Under the pieces are notes generated by a model. The model saw only the letters and a list, made by a program, of their open reading frames with translations, made no database searches and was not told the DNA's origin. A program made the translations under genes and the position numbers. From a virus, in IMG/VR virus record IMGVR_UViG_3300024999_000089, positions 6,926 to 70,925 of that record: a stretch of 64,000 bases of DNA. The stretch is one strand, 5' to 3'. Shown piece after piece: positions 10,280 to 18,987 of this stretch; position 1 is the first letter of the stretch, and every line of letters begins with the position of its first letter.

Positions 10280-10307
10280 CGTTCCGATAATAAAGATTAT
10301 GTCAACT
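10280..10307 (+). other. dif-like XerC/XerD recombination site
   Basis: CGTTCCGATAA-TAAAGA-TTATGTCAACT has the 11-6-11 layout of B. subtilis dif (ACTTCCTAGAA-TATATA-TTATGTAAACT); XerD arm matches 10 of 11. Confidence 0.75.
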
Positions 10308-10501
10308 AGCCTAACCCCTGTAACCCGCATTATACAAGGGTTTCTGGATTTATATTATTATTTTGTTGGTTCGTTTGTCAAATGTCCTTCAGTGGTGGAC
10401 ATTTTTTAGTCCATGATCGCCTTCTCAGCCCTGGAGTTGTGATACTGTATTGTATTTTTCGTGTTGGATGAGAAGGCCGGGGATACTTTACAAATTGAGA
10501 G

Positions 10502-10516
10502 TGATAATCATTATCA
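10502..10516. promoter_or_regulatory. Fur box
   Basis: Perfect 7-1-7 TGATAAT-C-ATTATCA. Confidence 0.7.
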
Positions 10517-10899
10517 TATGCCACCACATCAGTTAGAATTCCACATCCATTCCACATACGATTGCGACTCTCGTATATTAATCGTCTAACATCATAAATA
10601 ACAACTATTTTCATAATATATAATTTTCATCCTAATCATATCTCAAATTGTTATCACTGTTAAATTTTATTAAATATATTATCTATTTTTACCATCCTAT
10701 TTCCATTTTACCATTCATTCAAACACTCTATAAAGCACACTAATATCAACACATTATAACACATTCTAATCCTATCACAACTAACCAATATTATCAACCA
10801 ATACATCAATTAAATAACAATCAAATAACAATCAAATCATAAATATCGAATATTATTTTACAACTAATTTTAAATTAAATTTTAACATTATTTTTTTAC

Positions 10900-11166
10900 T
10901 CAAACAACATCATATCTCTTATTATTAATAAATTTATTACTAAGTTTATTATTAAATTTATCACCAATTTTAAAATTTTTCATAATTTCTTCACCAAATA
11001 ACATCCAACCTTTAACCCATATCCCTTCTATCTTATATATCCTTTCAATTTCTTCCCTTCTAATAAATTCATTTAACAAATCAAATAACTCATCTTTATC
11101 ATCTAATAATTCATTCAATAATTCTTCATATTCTGTATCAATCACACAACTAAATTCTTTCAACAA
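10900..11166 (-). CDS. Hypothetical protein (start uncertain)
   Basis: ORF co-oriented with neighbours. Confidence 0.5.
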   Translation of the reverse strand: MLKEFSCVIDTEYEELLNELLDDKDELFDLLNEFIRREEIERIYKIEGIWVKGWMLFGEEIMKNFKIGDKFNNKLSNKFINNKRYDVV

Positions 11167-11301
11167 TATATTACAAAAATGTTCTCCTGTATAAACTGTA
11201 TATATTTATATATATATATTTCTCCTTTAATTTATATAATTTTACTATCAATATTATAATTTCTCTTAATTTCTCTTAATTTCTCATTAACAAAAATATA
11301 C

Positions 11302-11592
11302 TTACTCAACATACCTACTCCTATAATCCAACACACTAACAAACTTATCACCATATTCAATCAATTTTATATACTTCTTATAAACTCTAATCTCTTCCTT
11401 ACTAAACTCACTTAAATCTTTGATAATATCTCCATTCTTCCTAAACACAACAACTTTTTCTATATTAAATTTAGTATCTATATTATCAAATCCTATATCA
11501 ACATCCTTCCCAATAATCAAATTAACCACACTACCTTCAATAAATTCCATAACTAAATAATATCCACCCATATTTTGTACATTAATAATCAT
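11302..11592 (-). CDS. Hypothetical protein
   Basis: ORF with AAAGGAG RBS. Confidence 0.7.
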   Translation of the reverse strand: MIINVQNMGGYYLVMEFIEGSVVNLIIGKDVDIGFDNIDTKFNIEKVVVFRKNGDIIKDLSEFSKEEIRVYKKYIKLIEYGDKFVSVLDYRSRYVE

Positions 11593-11777
11593 TACTCTCT
11601 CCTTTAATATATATGTATTTTTATATTAACAATCTATTTCTATAATTAATCTACCCATAAAATTAAACTTTATTCTTTAAATTTATTTATATCATAAACC
11701 AACTTAACATTATAATTTAAACTTTAACAAAAAAATAATCTCCCATTAAAGGAGATTAAACTAATTAAATCATTCAT

Positions 11778-12089
11778 CTATTTACAATGTATTCTTATGA
11801 AGGAGGAGGTTGAATCTCTATTTCCATTATTCCCATTCCCATGATCCCTATACACATACCCAAAATACCACAACAAACTTCCACTAAACACACCTAAACC
11901 ATAACAAATAAAACTAATATATTTAAATAAATCACTTAATCCTAATATACCAATTCCACTTCTATTTCCTATATCTCCTATCATTAATCCACTTATAGAA
12001 AATAATGATATACATATTATTGATGATAAATACATTATATTTTTTACATTAACATCAATTGTTTTATTTTGAATCTCTACATTCTCCAT
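11778..12089 (-). CDS. Small membrane protein
   Basis: Two hydrophobic segments; AAAGGA RBS. Confidence 0.65.
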   Translation of the reverse strand: MENVEIQNKTIDVNVKNIMYLSSIICISLFSISGLMIGDIGNRSGIGILGLSDLFKYISFICYGLGVFSGSLLWYFGYVYRDHGNGNNGNRDSTSSFIRIHCK

Positions 12090-12651
12090 TTAAATTATCC
12101 TTTCTATTACCATTTTATTTATATTGCTTTGTTTCAAGCATTTTTATCTTGCATTTATCTTATCCATTAAATTTTAATCTATACATAGAATAAAAAATAT
12201 TTTTATTATTTCAATTAATTATCTAATTAATATTTTAATAACTTAATAATATAATTATTTGCCTAATTATATATCTTTCTATTTAATCATATAATTGTCT
12301 AATTAACTATTCACACAATAAATCAACTAGTCAGTTAACTAGTAATATGGGGCATATTAAACAATTCTATAACCTACCATATCACATATCACAAGTATCA
12401 TCACAAATTAAACCTAAAAAATATACACCACAGAAGTTATCATACTTCTAACTTCTTATTCTTGATTCACCTAGTAAGTAATTAATAGTATTGGACAAGA
12501 TTATTTATATCTTCTACAATACATATTCCTATATATATCCTAACTTATATCTTCTATCATATTGTCATACATATTGTACTATATCATAATTTACATATAT
12601 AACAATACTATAATACTATAATGTACAACCAATAAATTTACAAAAAAAATA

Positions 12652-13443
12652 TCACAATCCTAAATATAATTTAATCTCATCAACAGTTTTGACTATAAAC
12701 TTTATCCCCAATTTCTTCTCTACACCATTATCAATATAATCATACTTGATATTATCTACCTCTACACTCTTTAAAACTTTCAATTTCTTATTTTCACTAT
12801 TACACACAATCAATATATTAGGGAATCTCTTCACCCTATTTGCCCAATATTCATTTAAATATAATTTATTTTTAAATATCTCGTTATAATTAATAATCTT
12901 CATAAATTTATTATTACTTTCAAATTTATCGCTTTCAATAATATAATACTTATATTCATTTGTTACATAATTAATAAATCCTATAATTCCATCTGGTCTT
13001 TTACCACACTCCATAACATACTCTATCTCAATATCATTAAACTTATAATATTTATAATTAATATTCACATACCTCAACAAATAAATAAATCCCCAATTTC
13101 TATTTATATCATGTGAAACAAATCTATTATTCTTATACTTTTTATTTGTAAAGTAAATATTACACTCATTAATATCTAATCTAACTGAATCAATTCTAAC
13201 TTTCCCTTTCAATATCCTTAATCTTTCCCTACACTTTACTATTCCAAATTTTATATCAGAAAAAAACAACAGATAAATTTGCTCTGTTGTCAATATTCCA
13301 AATTCTTCTATTATATCAACTATGCACTTATCTCGGTAATAACCTTTTTGTCTCGTTGTCATTGATTTGAAATTGAATAAATGGGTCAGCATTGGATTCA
13401 TCACCTTTGTAGAAATATTTAGCAACTGTCTTTTTCCTATCAA
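12652..13443 (-). CDS. Replication-relaxation (Replic_Relax) family protein
   Basis: N-terminal wHTH-like LTTEQIYLLFF, then HD, RPDG and IESD (PD-(D/E)xK-type) motifs; overlaps the FtsK gene as is typical; true start probably near 13401. Confidence 0.75.
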   Translation of the reverse strand: MIGKRQLLNISTKVMNPMLTHLFNFKSMTTRQKGYYRDKCIVDIIEEFGILTTEQIYLLFFSDIKFGIVKCRERLRILKGKVRIDSVRLDINECNIYFTNKKYKNNRFVSHDINRNWGFIYLLRYVNINYKYYKFNDIEIEYVMECGKRPDGIIGFINYVTNEYKYYIIESDKFESNNKFMKIINYNEIFKNKLYLNEYWANRVKRFPNILIVCNSENKKLKVLKSVEVDNIKYDYIDNGVEKKLGIKFIVKTVDEIKLYLGL

Positions 13444-14716
13444 ATAGATTATTAAATAACTTACATCTATCCATTGCTATATCTGGATCTAAATATAATG
13501 CTTGCAATTCCATTTGTTTACTATTATACAATGATATAAATCTTCCTTGAACATCAGGTAAATATAATGCATCTCTATTACCTAATACTGTTAAACTATG
13601 ACCAAAATCATTACATTTAAAACTAATTCTGCCACTTAAATTATTCTTAATGATAGGTGATATTAAATCTCTATCTGGTCTCTGCATACATATAACTAAT
13701 CTTACCCCTGCTTTTCTACCTAATTGTGCTAAATCATATGTCTTCTTCTGCAAATAATTTAATAATATTTTCTCTTGTTTGGTATGAAATTTTCCAGGAG
13801 CAGTAAAAGCAAATTCATCAATAAATAATACAAGGTAAGGAAGTTTCGCATCAGGATATGATAAGTTATAGTCTCTTAATCTTCTTTTCTTATATTTAAC
13901 TAATACATCCAATCTCCTTTTAGTTTCATCCCATAGCATATCTAATACTAATCTTGCTTTCTCTATGTCTCCAGCAAATATAGTATATTCTTGTAGATGA
14001 ATAAAATCAGTCATAGCTAGATCAATTACAAATAATAATACATTTGGATTTTGAAGTAATGCATCTGCCCAACCAGTTGCTAAAACACTTTTCCCTCTTC
14101 CAACTGAACCTGATATTAAAACATTATAAACATCTAACATTTCCCAAATTTCTAAACCCATCTGGTTGATTCCTACAGGAACAGGAAGAATGTACTTATC
14201 CAAATATTCCATAGTAATAAATTTATAATTAACCTTTCTAGGAATAACACCTTTAAATACTTCTATCTTTAATAATCCATTATCTTCTTCTATAATAACT
14301 TGAGCAACTAATGAGTTAGCAAAATTTAATGTTTTATCAATATACATTTTAAATGTCATACTATATGGTAATCTCCATAAAGTAGTATAATGGTTATCAT
14401 TATCTTCATATCTAATAGTTTTAATATGGTATGCGTATCTACCTGAATTATTATATAAACCACATTCAGACATAATACTCTCTATCTCTGATTCTACAGT
14501 CCTACCTTTCCTACATCTAATTAGTTTCTTTACTGATGTTTTTAAATCTTCTTTCTTCTCAGGTTTTAATGGTTTATATCCAAGCTGTATATCCCATAGA
14601 TACTTCTTAAAACTTTCCTTTAAATCAGATTTATATTTCTTCCAATTTTCTTTAATATCTACCTTATCTACTTTCCCCTTAATTTTAATCTTATCCTTCT
14701 TATTATTATCTCCCAT
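13328..14716 (-). CDS. FtsK/SpoIIIE-family ATPase
   Basis: Walker A GSVGRGKS, Walker B LFIDEF, LGRKAGV, QRPD and GRF motifs; GAGGAG RBS favours the MGDNNKK start. Confidence 0.9.
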   Translation of the reverse strand: MGDNNKKDKIKIKGKVDKVDIKENWKKYKSDLKESFKKYLWDIQLGYKPLKPEKKEDLKTSVKKLIRCRKGRTVESEIESIMSECGLYNNSGRYAYHIKTIRYEDNDNHYTTLWRLPYSMTFKMYIDKTLNFANSLVAQVIIEEDNGLLKIEVFKGVIPRKVNYKFITMEYLDKYILPVPVGINQMGLEIWEMLDVYNVLISGSVGRGKSVLATGWADALLQNPNVLLFVIDLAMTDFIHLQEYTIFAGDIEKARLVLDMLWDETKRRLDVLVKYKKRRLRDYNLSYPDAKLPYLVLFIDEFAFTAPGKFHTKQEKILLNYLQKKTYDLAQLGRKAGVRLVICMQRPDRDLISPIIKNNLSGRISFKCNDFGHSLTVLGNRDALYLPDVQGRFISLYNSKQMELQALYLDPDIAMDRCKLFNNLFDRKKTVAKYFYKGDESNADPFIQFQINDNETKRLLPR

Positions 14717-14785
14717 AACAAATATCTCCTCGTATATAATTATCTCTTTAAGACAAACTAAGCAATAACTACACCCTACATTGAG

Positions 14786-15127
14786 GTGATTAACTTGGAT
14801 ATAGATAAACTTAAAGATATTACAAATAGGAATATAGATACTGGTAATTACTTGCAAAATTTAAGATTAAGTAAAAAATTAACATTATCTTCGGCATCAA
14901 AATCTATAAATATCAGTCCTACATATCTAAGTGACATTGAACATGGTAGAAAATTACCAAGTGATACCACAATTAAGAATATTGCTGATTTTTATGAAAT
15001 AGATGAAATAGAATTATTTAATAAATTTGGCAAGATTTCATTAACTGTAAAGAAATTATTACTTAATGATTTGAATTTGCAAAGAAAAATATATAATGAA
15101 GTTAAAATTAATAATTATAAACATTAA
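14786..15127 (+). CDS. XRE-family HTH regulator
   Basis: LRLSKKLTLSSASKSINISPTYLSDIEHGRKLPS. Confidence 0.9.
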   Translation: MINLDIDKLKDITNRNIDTGNYLQNLRLSKKLTLSSASKSINISPTYLSDIEHGRKLPSDTTIKNIADFYEIDEIELFNKFGKISLTVKKLLLNDLNLQRKIYNEVKINNYKH

Positions 15128-15151
15128 CAATAATTATAAGCATTAATAATA

Positions 15152-15871
15152 TTACCATTTAAACCATTTAATTTTACTTTCCTTTGGTCTATTAATATGT
15201 TTTAAAAATTCTTTAAATATATCTAATAACCTTTTTCTTTCAGGCACATTCAAAGTCTTAACATGATCCATTGTACCTCTTATTATTTCTATATACAATT
15301 CCTTATCAACATCACTCATTTCTTTACTACCCATATCACGATTAATTTTAATCTTATTTACATTATTTTCAATTACAATATCAATACTCCCAGGTGTATA
15401 ATCATCAGTTATTTTAATATTTTCATTGTGTTTTTCTTCTTTTTTATTAATATTCTCCCTCTTATTTATATCATCTTTATTGATTATTTCCTCTTTTTTA
15501 TTGATATTATTGCTAATATTATGATCTTTTTGCTCATTATATAACTTATTATCATTTAATTCCTTTTTATCAATATTCTCTTTATACTCAGTATATTCCT
15601 TATTCTCGTTATAATTTTTATTCTCATTGTAAGTTTTCTCATTGCTATTACCATTATTCGCATCAACATTTACACTAACAATTAAAGGTAATTTTCTATC
15701 CTTAATCATTAACTCACCGTAAAACCTACCATTATTATAATTATAAATTTTTGCATCAATATTGTCATTGTCAAACCATAAACTATTGAATCCTAACATA
15801 ACAAACAATGCCATTGCACCTATAATAACTTTATTAACTATGATAGTTTGCATTGTATCACTCCATTCCAT
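15152..15871 (-). CDS. Membrane-anchored protein with an N/K/E-rich linker
   Basis: N-terminal hydrophobic helix, low-complexity middle. Confidence 0.65.
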   Translation of the reverse strand: MEWSDTMQTIIVNKVIIGAMALFVMLGFNSLWFDNDNIDAKIYNYNNGRFYGELMIKDRKLPLIVSVNVDANNGNSNEKTYNENKNYNENKEYTEYKENIDKKELNDNKLYNEQKDHNISNNINKKEEIINKDDINKRENINKKEEKHNENIKITDDYTPGSIDIVIENNVNKIKINRDMGSKEMSDVDKELYIEIIRGTMDHVKTLNVPERKRLLDIFKEFLKHINRPKESKIKWFKW

Positions 15872-15874
15872 TCT

Positions 15875-16261
15875 TTATTTAGTCCTTGGATACTCAGTTA
15901 TTTTTCTTAGAAATGAATTATCAGGTAAATTCTTTTCAATAATTTTATCAATTGGTGATTGTATATCTTCTTTATTAAATAATTTACTGGTAGGATTAAC
16001 ATATTTTTTAACATCATCAATTTTATCTTCTACATATTGTTGTTTCTTCTGCTCTTCCTCAACTATAGGTAATACTTTCTCCATAACTGTACTTAGGCAA
16101 GAAAATATAGTTATGACTATAATCATTTTTGACAAGTTACGTTTAGTCAATGCTCTACAAGTAAAATATCCAAATGCACCAATAATAATCTGTATCATCA
16201 ATTGAGGTAGACATAAACAAGTTATAACAAATAATAATATTGGTATTATTAATAAAAACAT
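15875..16261 (-). CDS. Membrane protein
   Basis: Two to three hydrophobic segments; AAAGGAG RBS. Confidence 0.7.
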   Translation of the reverse strand: MFLLIIPILLFVITCLCLPQLMIQIIIGAFGYFTCRALTKRNLSKMIIVITIFSCLSTVMEKVLPIVEEEQKKQQYVEDKIDDVKKYVNPTSKLFNKEDIQSPIDKIIEKNLPDNSFLRKITEYPRTK

Positions 16262-16285
16262 ATTTATATTTCTCCTTTATTAAAT

Positions 16286-16576
16286 TTAAAAATATCTTAA
16301 TAATTTATTTACTATCTCTAAACCAGAATCTATCATAATTGCAGTAGCAACAAATGTAGCAACTATACCTATTAATACAGCAAAATTCTGTTTACCTATT
16401 ATTTTACATATTTGTTCTAGTATAAAAGCAGCAACAGCACAGCCACCAATTAGGAGTATTGCAAATCCTGGCTTACCATATCCTACTGTTTCCTTCATTA
16501 ATTCATAAATAGTCATGGCATAACAAGGCATGGGGGTTAGGATAACAAATAATAAAGTATAAATGTACTTACTCAT
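16286..16576 (-). CDS. Small membrane protein resembling SpoIIIAC/AD or a pilin
   Basis: Signal-like N-terminus ending PCYA, then TM-ILEQICKIIGKQNFA-TM; similarity judged by eye. Confidence 0.5.
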   Translation of the reverse strand: MSKYIYTLLFVILTPMPCYAMTIYELMKETVGYGKPGFAILLIGGCAVAAFILEQICKIIGKQNFAVLIGIVATFVATAIMIDSGLEIVNKLLRYF

Positions 16577-16786
16577 TTAAAAACCTCCTATTAGGAACAT
16601 TTTTGATATACTTATTGATAATTTTAATGTCATATATAATATCAATGTTAATCCTATTATTGTTGTGAATAATTTTACATATTTTTGTTTTTCTTCTATA
16701 ACAATACTATTAGTTAACCAATCTATAATTACTATTCCTACTATAATTAAAATATCTTGCAAAATACTAATACTTATAATATTCAT
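16577..16786 (-). CDS. Small two-TM protein, possibly SpoIIIAC/AD-like
   Basis: Two hydrophobic helices separated by EEKQKYVK; AGGAGG RBS. Confidence 0.5.
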   Translation of the reverse strand: MNIISISILQDILIIVGIVIIDWLTNSIVIEEKQKYVKLFTTIIGLTLILYMTLKLSISISKMFLIGGF

Positions 16787-16856
16787 GTTGTTATATGCCT
16801 CCTATATAATTAATTAACATTATCCGTATTGGATGCAAAATATTAATTTATCAGTC

Positions 16857-17087
16857 TTAATCTTCGTCTTCATCATAAAAACCATTTTCATGCAACCAAT
16901 CATCTTCTACACCTAATACTTCTAAAACTATTTCAATAGGTATTCCTGTTTTTCTACATATAAAACTAGCAACATTATCTGTATTCATTATTAAGTCATT
17001 TGATGGATCTATGTCTATATTATTAGTGTATTTTATACTTTTTATAAAATTTATTATATTGGTGATTGCGTTAGTTAATTGTTTCAT
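16857..17087 (-). CDS. Hypothetical protein
   Basis: ORF with AGGAGG RBS. Confidence 0.7.
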   Translation of the reverse strand: MKQLTNAITNIINFIKSIKYTNNIDIDPSNDLIMNTDNVASFICRKTGIPIEIVLEVLGVEDDWLHENGFYDEDED

Positions 17088-17096
17088 ATAATCCTC

Positions 17097-17372
17097 CTAT
17101 TTTAAATTTGGATTATTCCATTTTATAACTCTAGATTTATTGTTAGTATTATTAATATCTGTTTTCTTATTAACTTGCCTAATTTCAACAACATTATCCG
17201 TATTGGATGCAGTGGCAAATGGATCTTCAACATCAATAATATTCTTACTAGTTAATAAACTATCCCTCAGTACACCTCTAATAAATTCAGACATATTATT
17301 ATTTTCATGCTTGCTGAGAAGAGAAATTAATTCATTGTCGTTTCTTTTGTTAAGTCTAAAACTAATCATCAT
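17097..17372 (-). CDS. Ribbon-helix-helix DNA-binding protein (CopG/ParR-like)
   Basis: ISFRL strand, helix, then NMSEFIRGVLRD helix. Confidence 0.65.
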   Translation of the reverse strand: MMISFRLNKRNDNELISLLSKHENNNMSEFIRGVLRDSLLTSKNIIDVEDPFATASNTDNVVEIRQVNKKTDINNTNNKSRVIKWNNPNLK

Positions 17373-17443
17373 TTTAAAATCACTCCTTTTGATTTTTTGA
17401 TAATTTGATTGATATAGTTTAGTTTATTTTGTATATGTTAGTT

Positions 17444-17513
17444 TGTATGACGGTTATATTTAATTATATTTGACTGTATGACATATTATACATGGTAATT
17501 ATTAGTGTATGAC
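17444..17513. repeat. Three TGTATGAC direct repeats at 31-bp spacing
   Basis: Copies at 17444, 17475 and 17506 upstream of the RHH gene. Confidence 0.75.
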
Positions 17514-17594
17514 ATGTGCATTGTGAATGTATAACAATGAGTTTAAAGTAAAATTGATAAATAAATAAATTTACAAAATATAAATATAATTGTG

Positions 17595-17714
17595 TTGACA
17601 TATGTGTGGTGATAATGTATAATATGGTTAAGGAGGAAAATGAGAAAATTTAAGTGTGTTATAGATTATAAATATAATTTTTACCTTGACAAGTATATTT
17701 TTATTATGTATAAT
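17595..17714 (+). promoter_or_regulatory. Tandem consensus sigmaA promoters for the rightward operon
   Basis: TTGACA-N17-TATAAT at 17595-17623 and at 17686-17714, each preceded by the TAAATATAAT motif. Confidence 0.85.
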
Positions 17715-17882
17715 AAGGATAAATAAACTATAAATTTTATGGAGGTGATTTTTATTGATTGTGTAAATTGTAAATATAATTAATTTTTATTTTTTAATTG
17801 CAAAAGCAATTAGGAATATATCTTTATAATTATTTTAATATTTATTCTTATTTATATATTTATTCACTCGGATGTGTATGTA

Positions 17883-17962
17883 ATTTTGGTGTTAAAATCT
17901 TTATATTGCATCCCCAATATGGTGTTACTTTCTTCTAAAACCTAAGATTTTAACACCAAAAT
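17883..17962. repeat. 19-bp perfect inverted repeat
   Basis: ATTTTGGTGTTAAAATCTT 17883-17901 pairs with 17944-17962. Confidence 0.8.
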
Positions 17963-17994
17963 AGTGATGCATAAAATTTTATTTTAAAGGATGG

Positions 17995-18195
17995 TTGATA
18001 CATATGAATTATCGTGTAATTTATAAAAAGTATTTAGCAGAGGCATTATCATTTTTAGGATTTAATTATTATAAATTTTATGATGAATCTAATCCTAAGA
18101 TAGTTAAATATTCATTTGTTGAAACAGAAGAATTTAATAATGCATTAAATGATATTTTAGAATTGAAAGGAAAATATGATAAATTAAATAATTAA
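17995..18195 (+). CDS. Small phage protein (DUF5659-like)
   Basis: KKYLAEALSFLGF...YSFVETEEF pattern; AAGGA RBS. Confidence 0.6.
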   Translation: MIHMNYRVIYKKYLAEALSFLGFNYYKFYDESNPKIVKYSFVETEEFNNALNDILELKGKYDKLNN

Positions 18196-18210
18196 GGAGT
18201 TAATTAAATT

Positions 18211-18978
18211 ATGAATAGCAATTTAAAAGAAAGTTTTATTAAAATACCTAATAGTTGGTATGATAATTTAAGTATATCAAATAAAGAATTAACCACTCTT
18301 TCCTTATTATATAGAAACTATACATATTATCAATCAGTTAGTTTATGTAGTTTGGAAATGCTTTGTAATTATATGTACATTGATAGCAATACTAATAAGA
18401 AAATAATTAATGACATTAAAAATATCTTTTCTCTACTAGAAAGTAAAGAAATTATACTTAATTATTATGATTTGCATTATGACACTATTAATTTAAGTGA
18501 TATAATTAATAAGAATCAAGTATTTTACATAGAATTAATACCTCCTCCTGAAGATAATTATTTTATGGTTAAAAACATAGATATTGATAAAATATTTAAA
18601 AGTTTACAAGGTTCTAATCTTAGTAAAAATAATTTAATTAGATATTTTATTGCTTGTATGAGGGTGATAAATAATGACGCAAAATTTGGTTATTTAACAC
18701 AAAGTAAATTAAAGAAGTTAGTTAATGATTCAAAGACAATACAAAAATATAATAAGATACTTCAAGATGATTTAAATTTGATTAGATACAATAATAGTTA
18801 TTTAACAGAAGAAAAACATTATTGTAGTACATTTATAGGTTTATATGAGAATGAAAAATCATTTAATAGTCAATTACAATTTGAAGTAGAAAGGCAGGGA
18901 TTAATATTTACAAATAAAATTAAGTCTAATTTAAATAGGAGTATTACACAAAAGAATAATAATAAAAAGGAGATATAA
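18211..18978 (+). CDS. Putative wHTH/Rep-like DNA-binding protein
   Basis: FIKIPN N-terminus and two helix-turn-helix-like segments; function inferred. Confidence 0.5.
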   Translation: MNSNLKESFIKIPNSWYDNLSISNKELTTLSLLYRNYTYYQSVSLCSLEMLCNYMYIDSNTNKKIINDIKNIFSLLESKEIILNYYDLHYDTINLSDIINKNQVFYIELIPPPEDNYFMVKNIDIDKIFKSLQGSNLSKNNLIRYFIACMRVINNDAKFGYLTQSKLKKLVNDSKTIQKYNKILQDDLNLIRYNNSYLTEEKHYCSTFIGLYENEKSFNSQLQFEVERQGLIFTNKIKSNLNRSITQKNNNKKEI

Positions 18979-18987
18979 TTATAAATT

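Noticed and set aside
9200-10600. CRISPR array or tRNA cluster in the non-coding island
   Set aside because: No regularly spaced identical repeats with unique spacers and no cloverleaf or T-loop signatures
8857-10614. ORFs 8857-9045, 8870-9208, 9916-10098 and 10378-10614
   Set aside because: No convincing RBS, atypical composition, and they overlap boxA, parS or Fur elements
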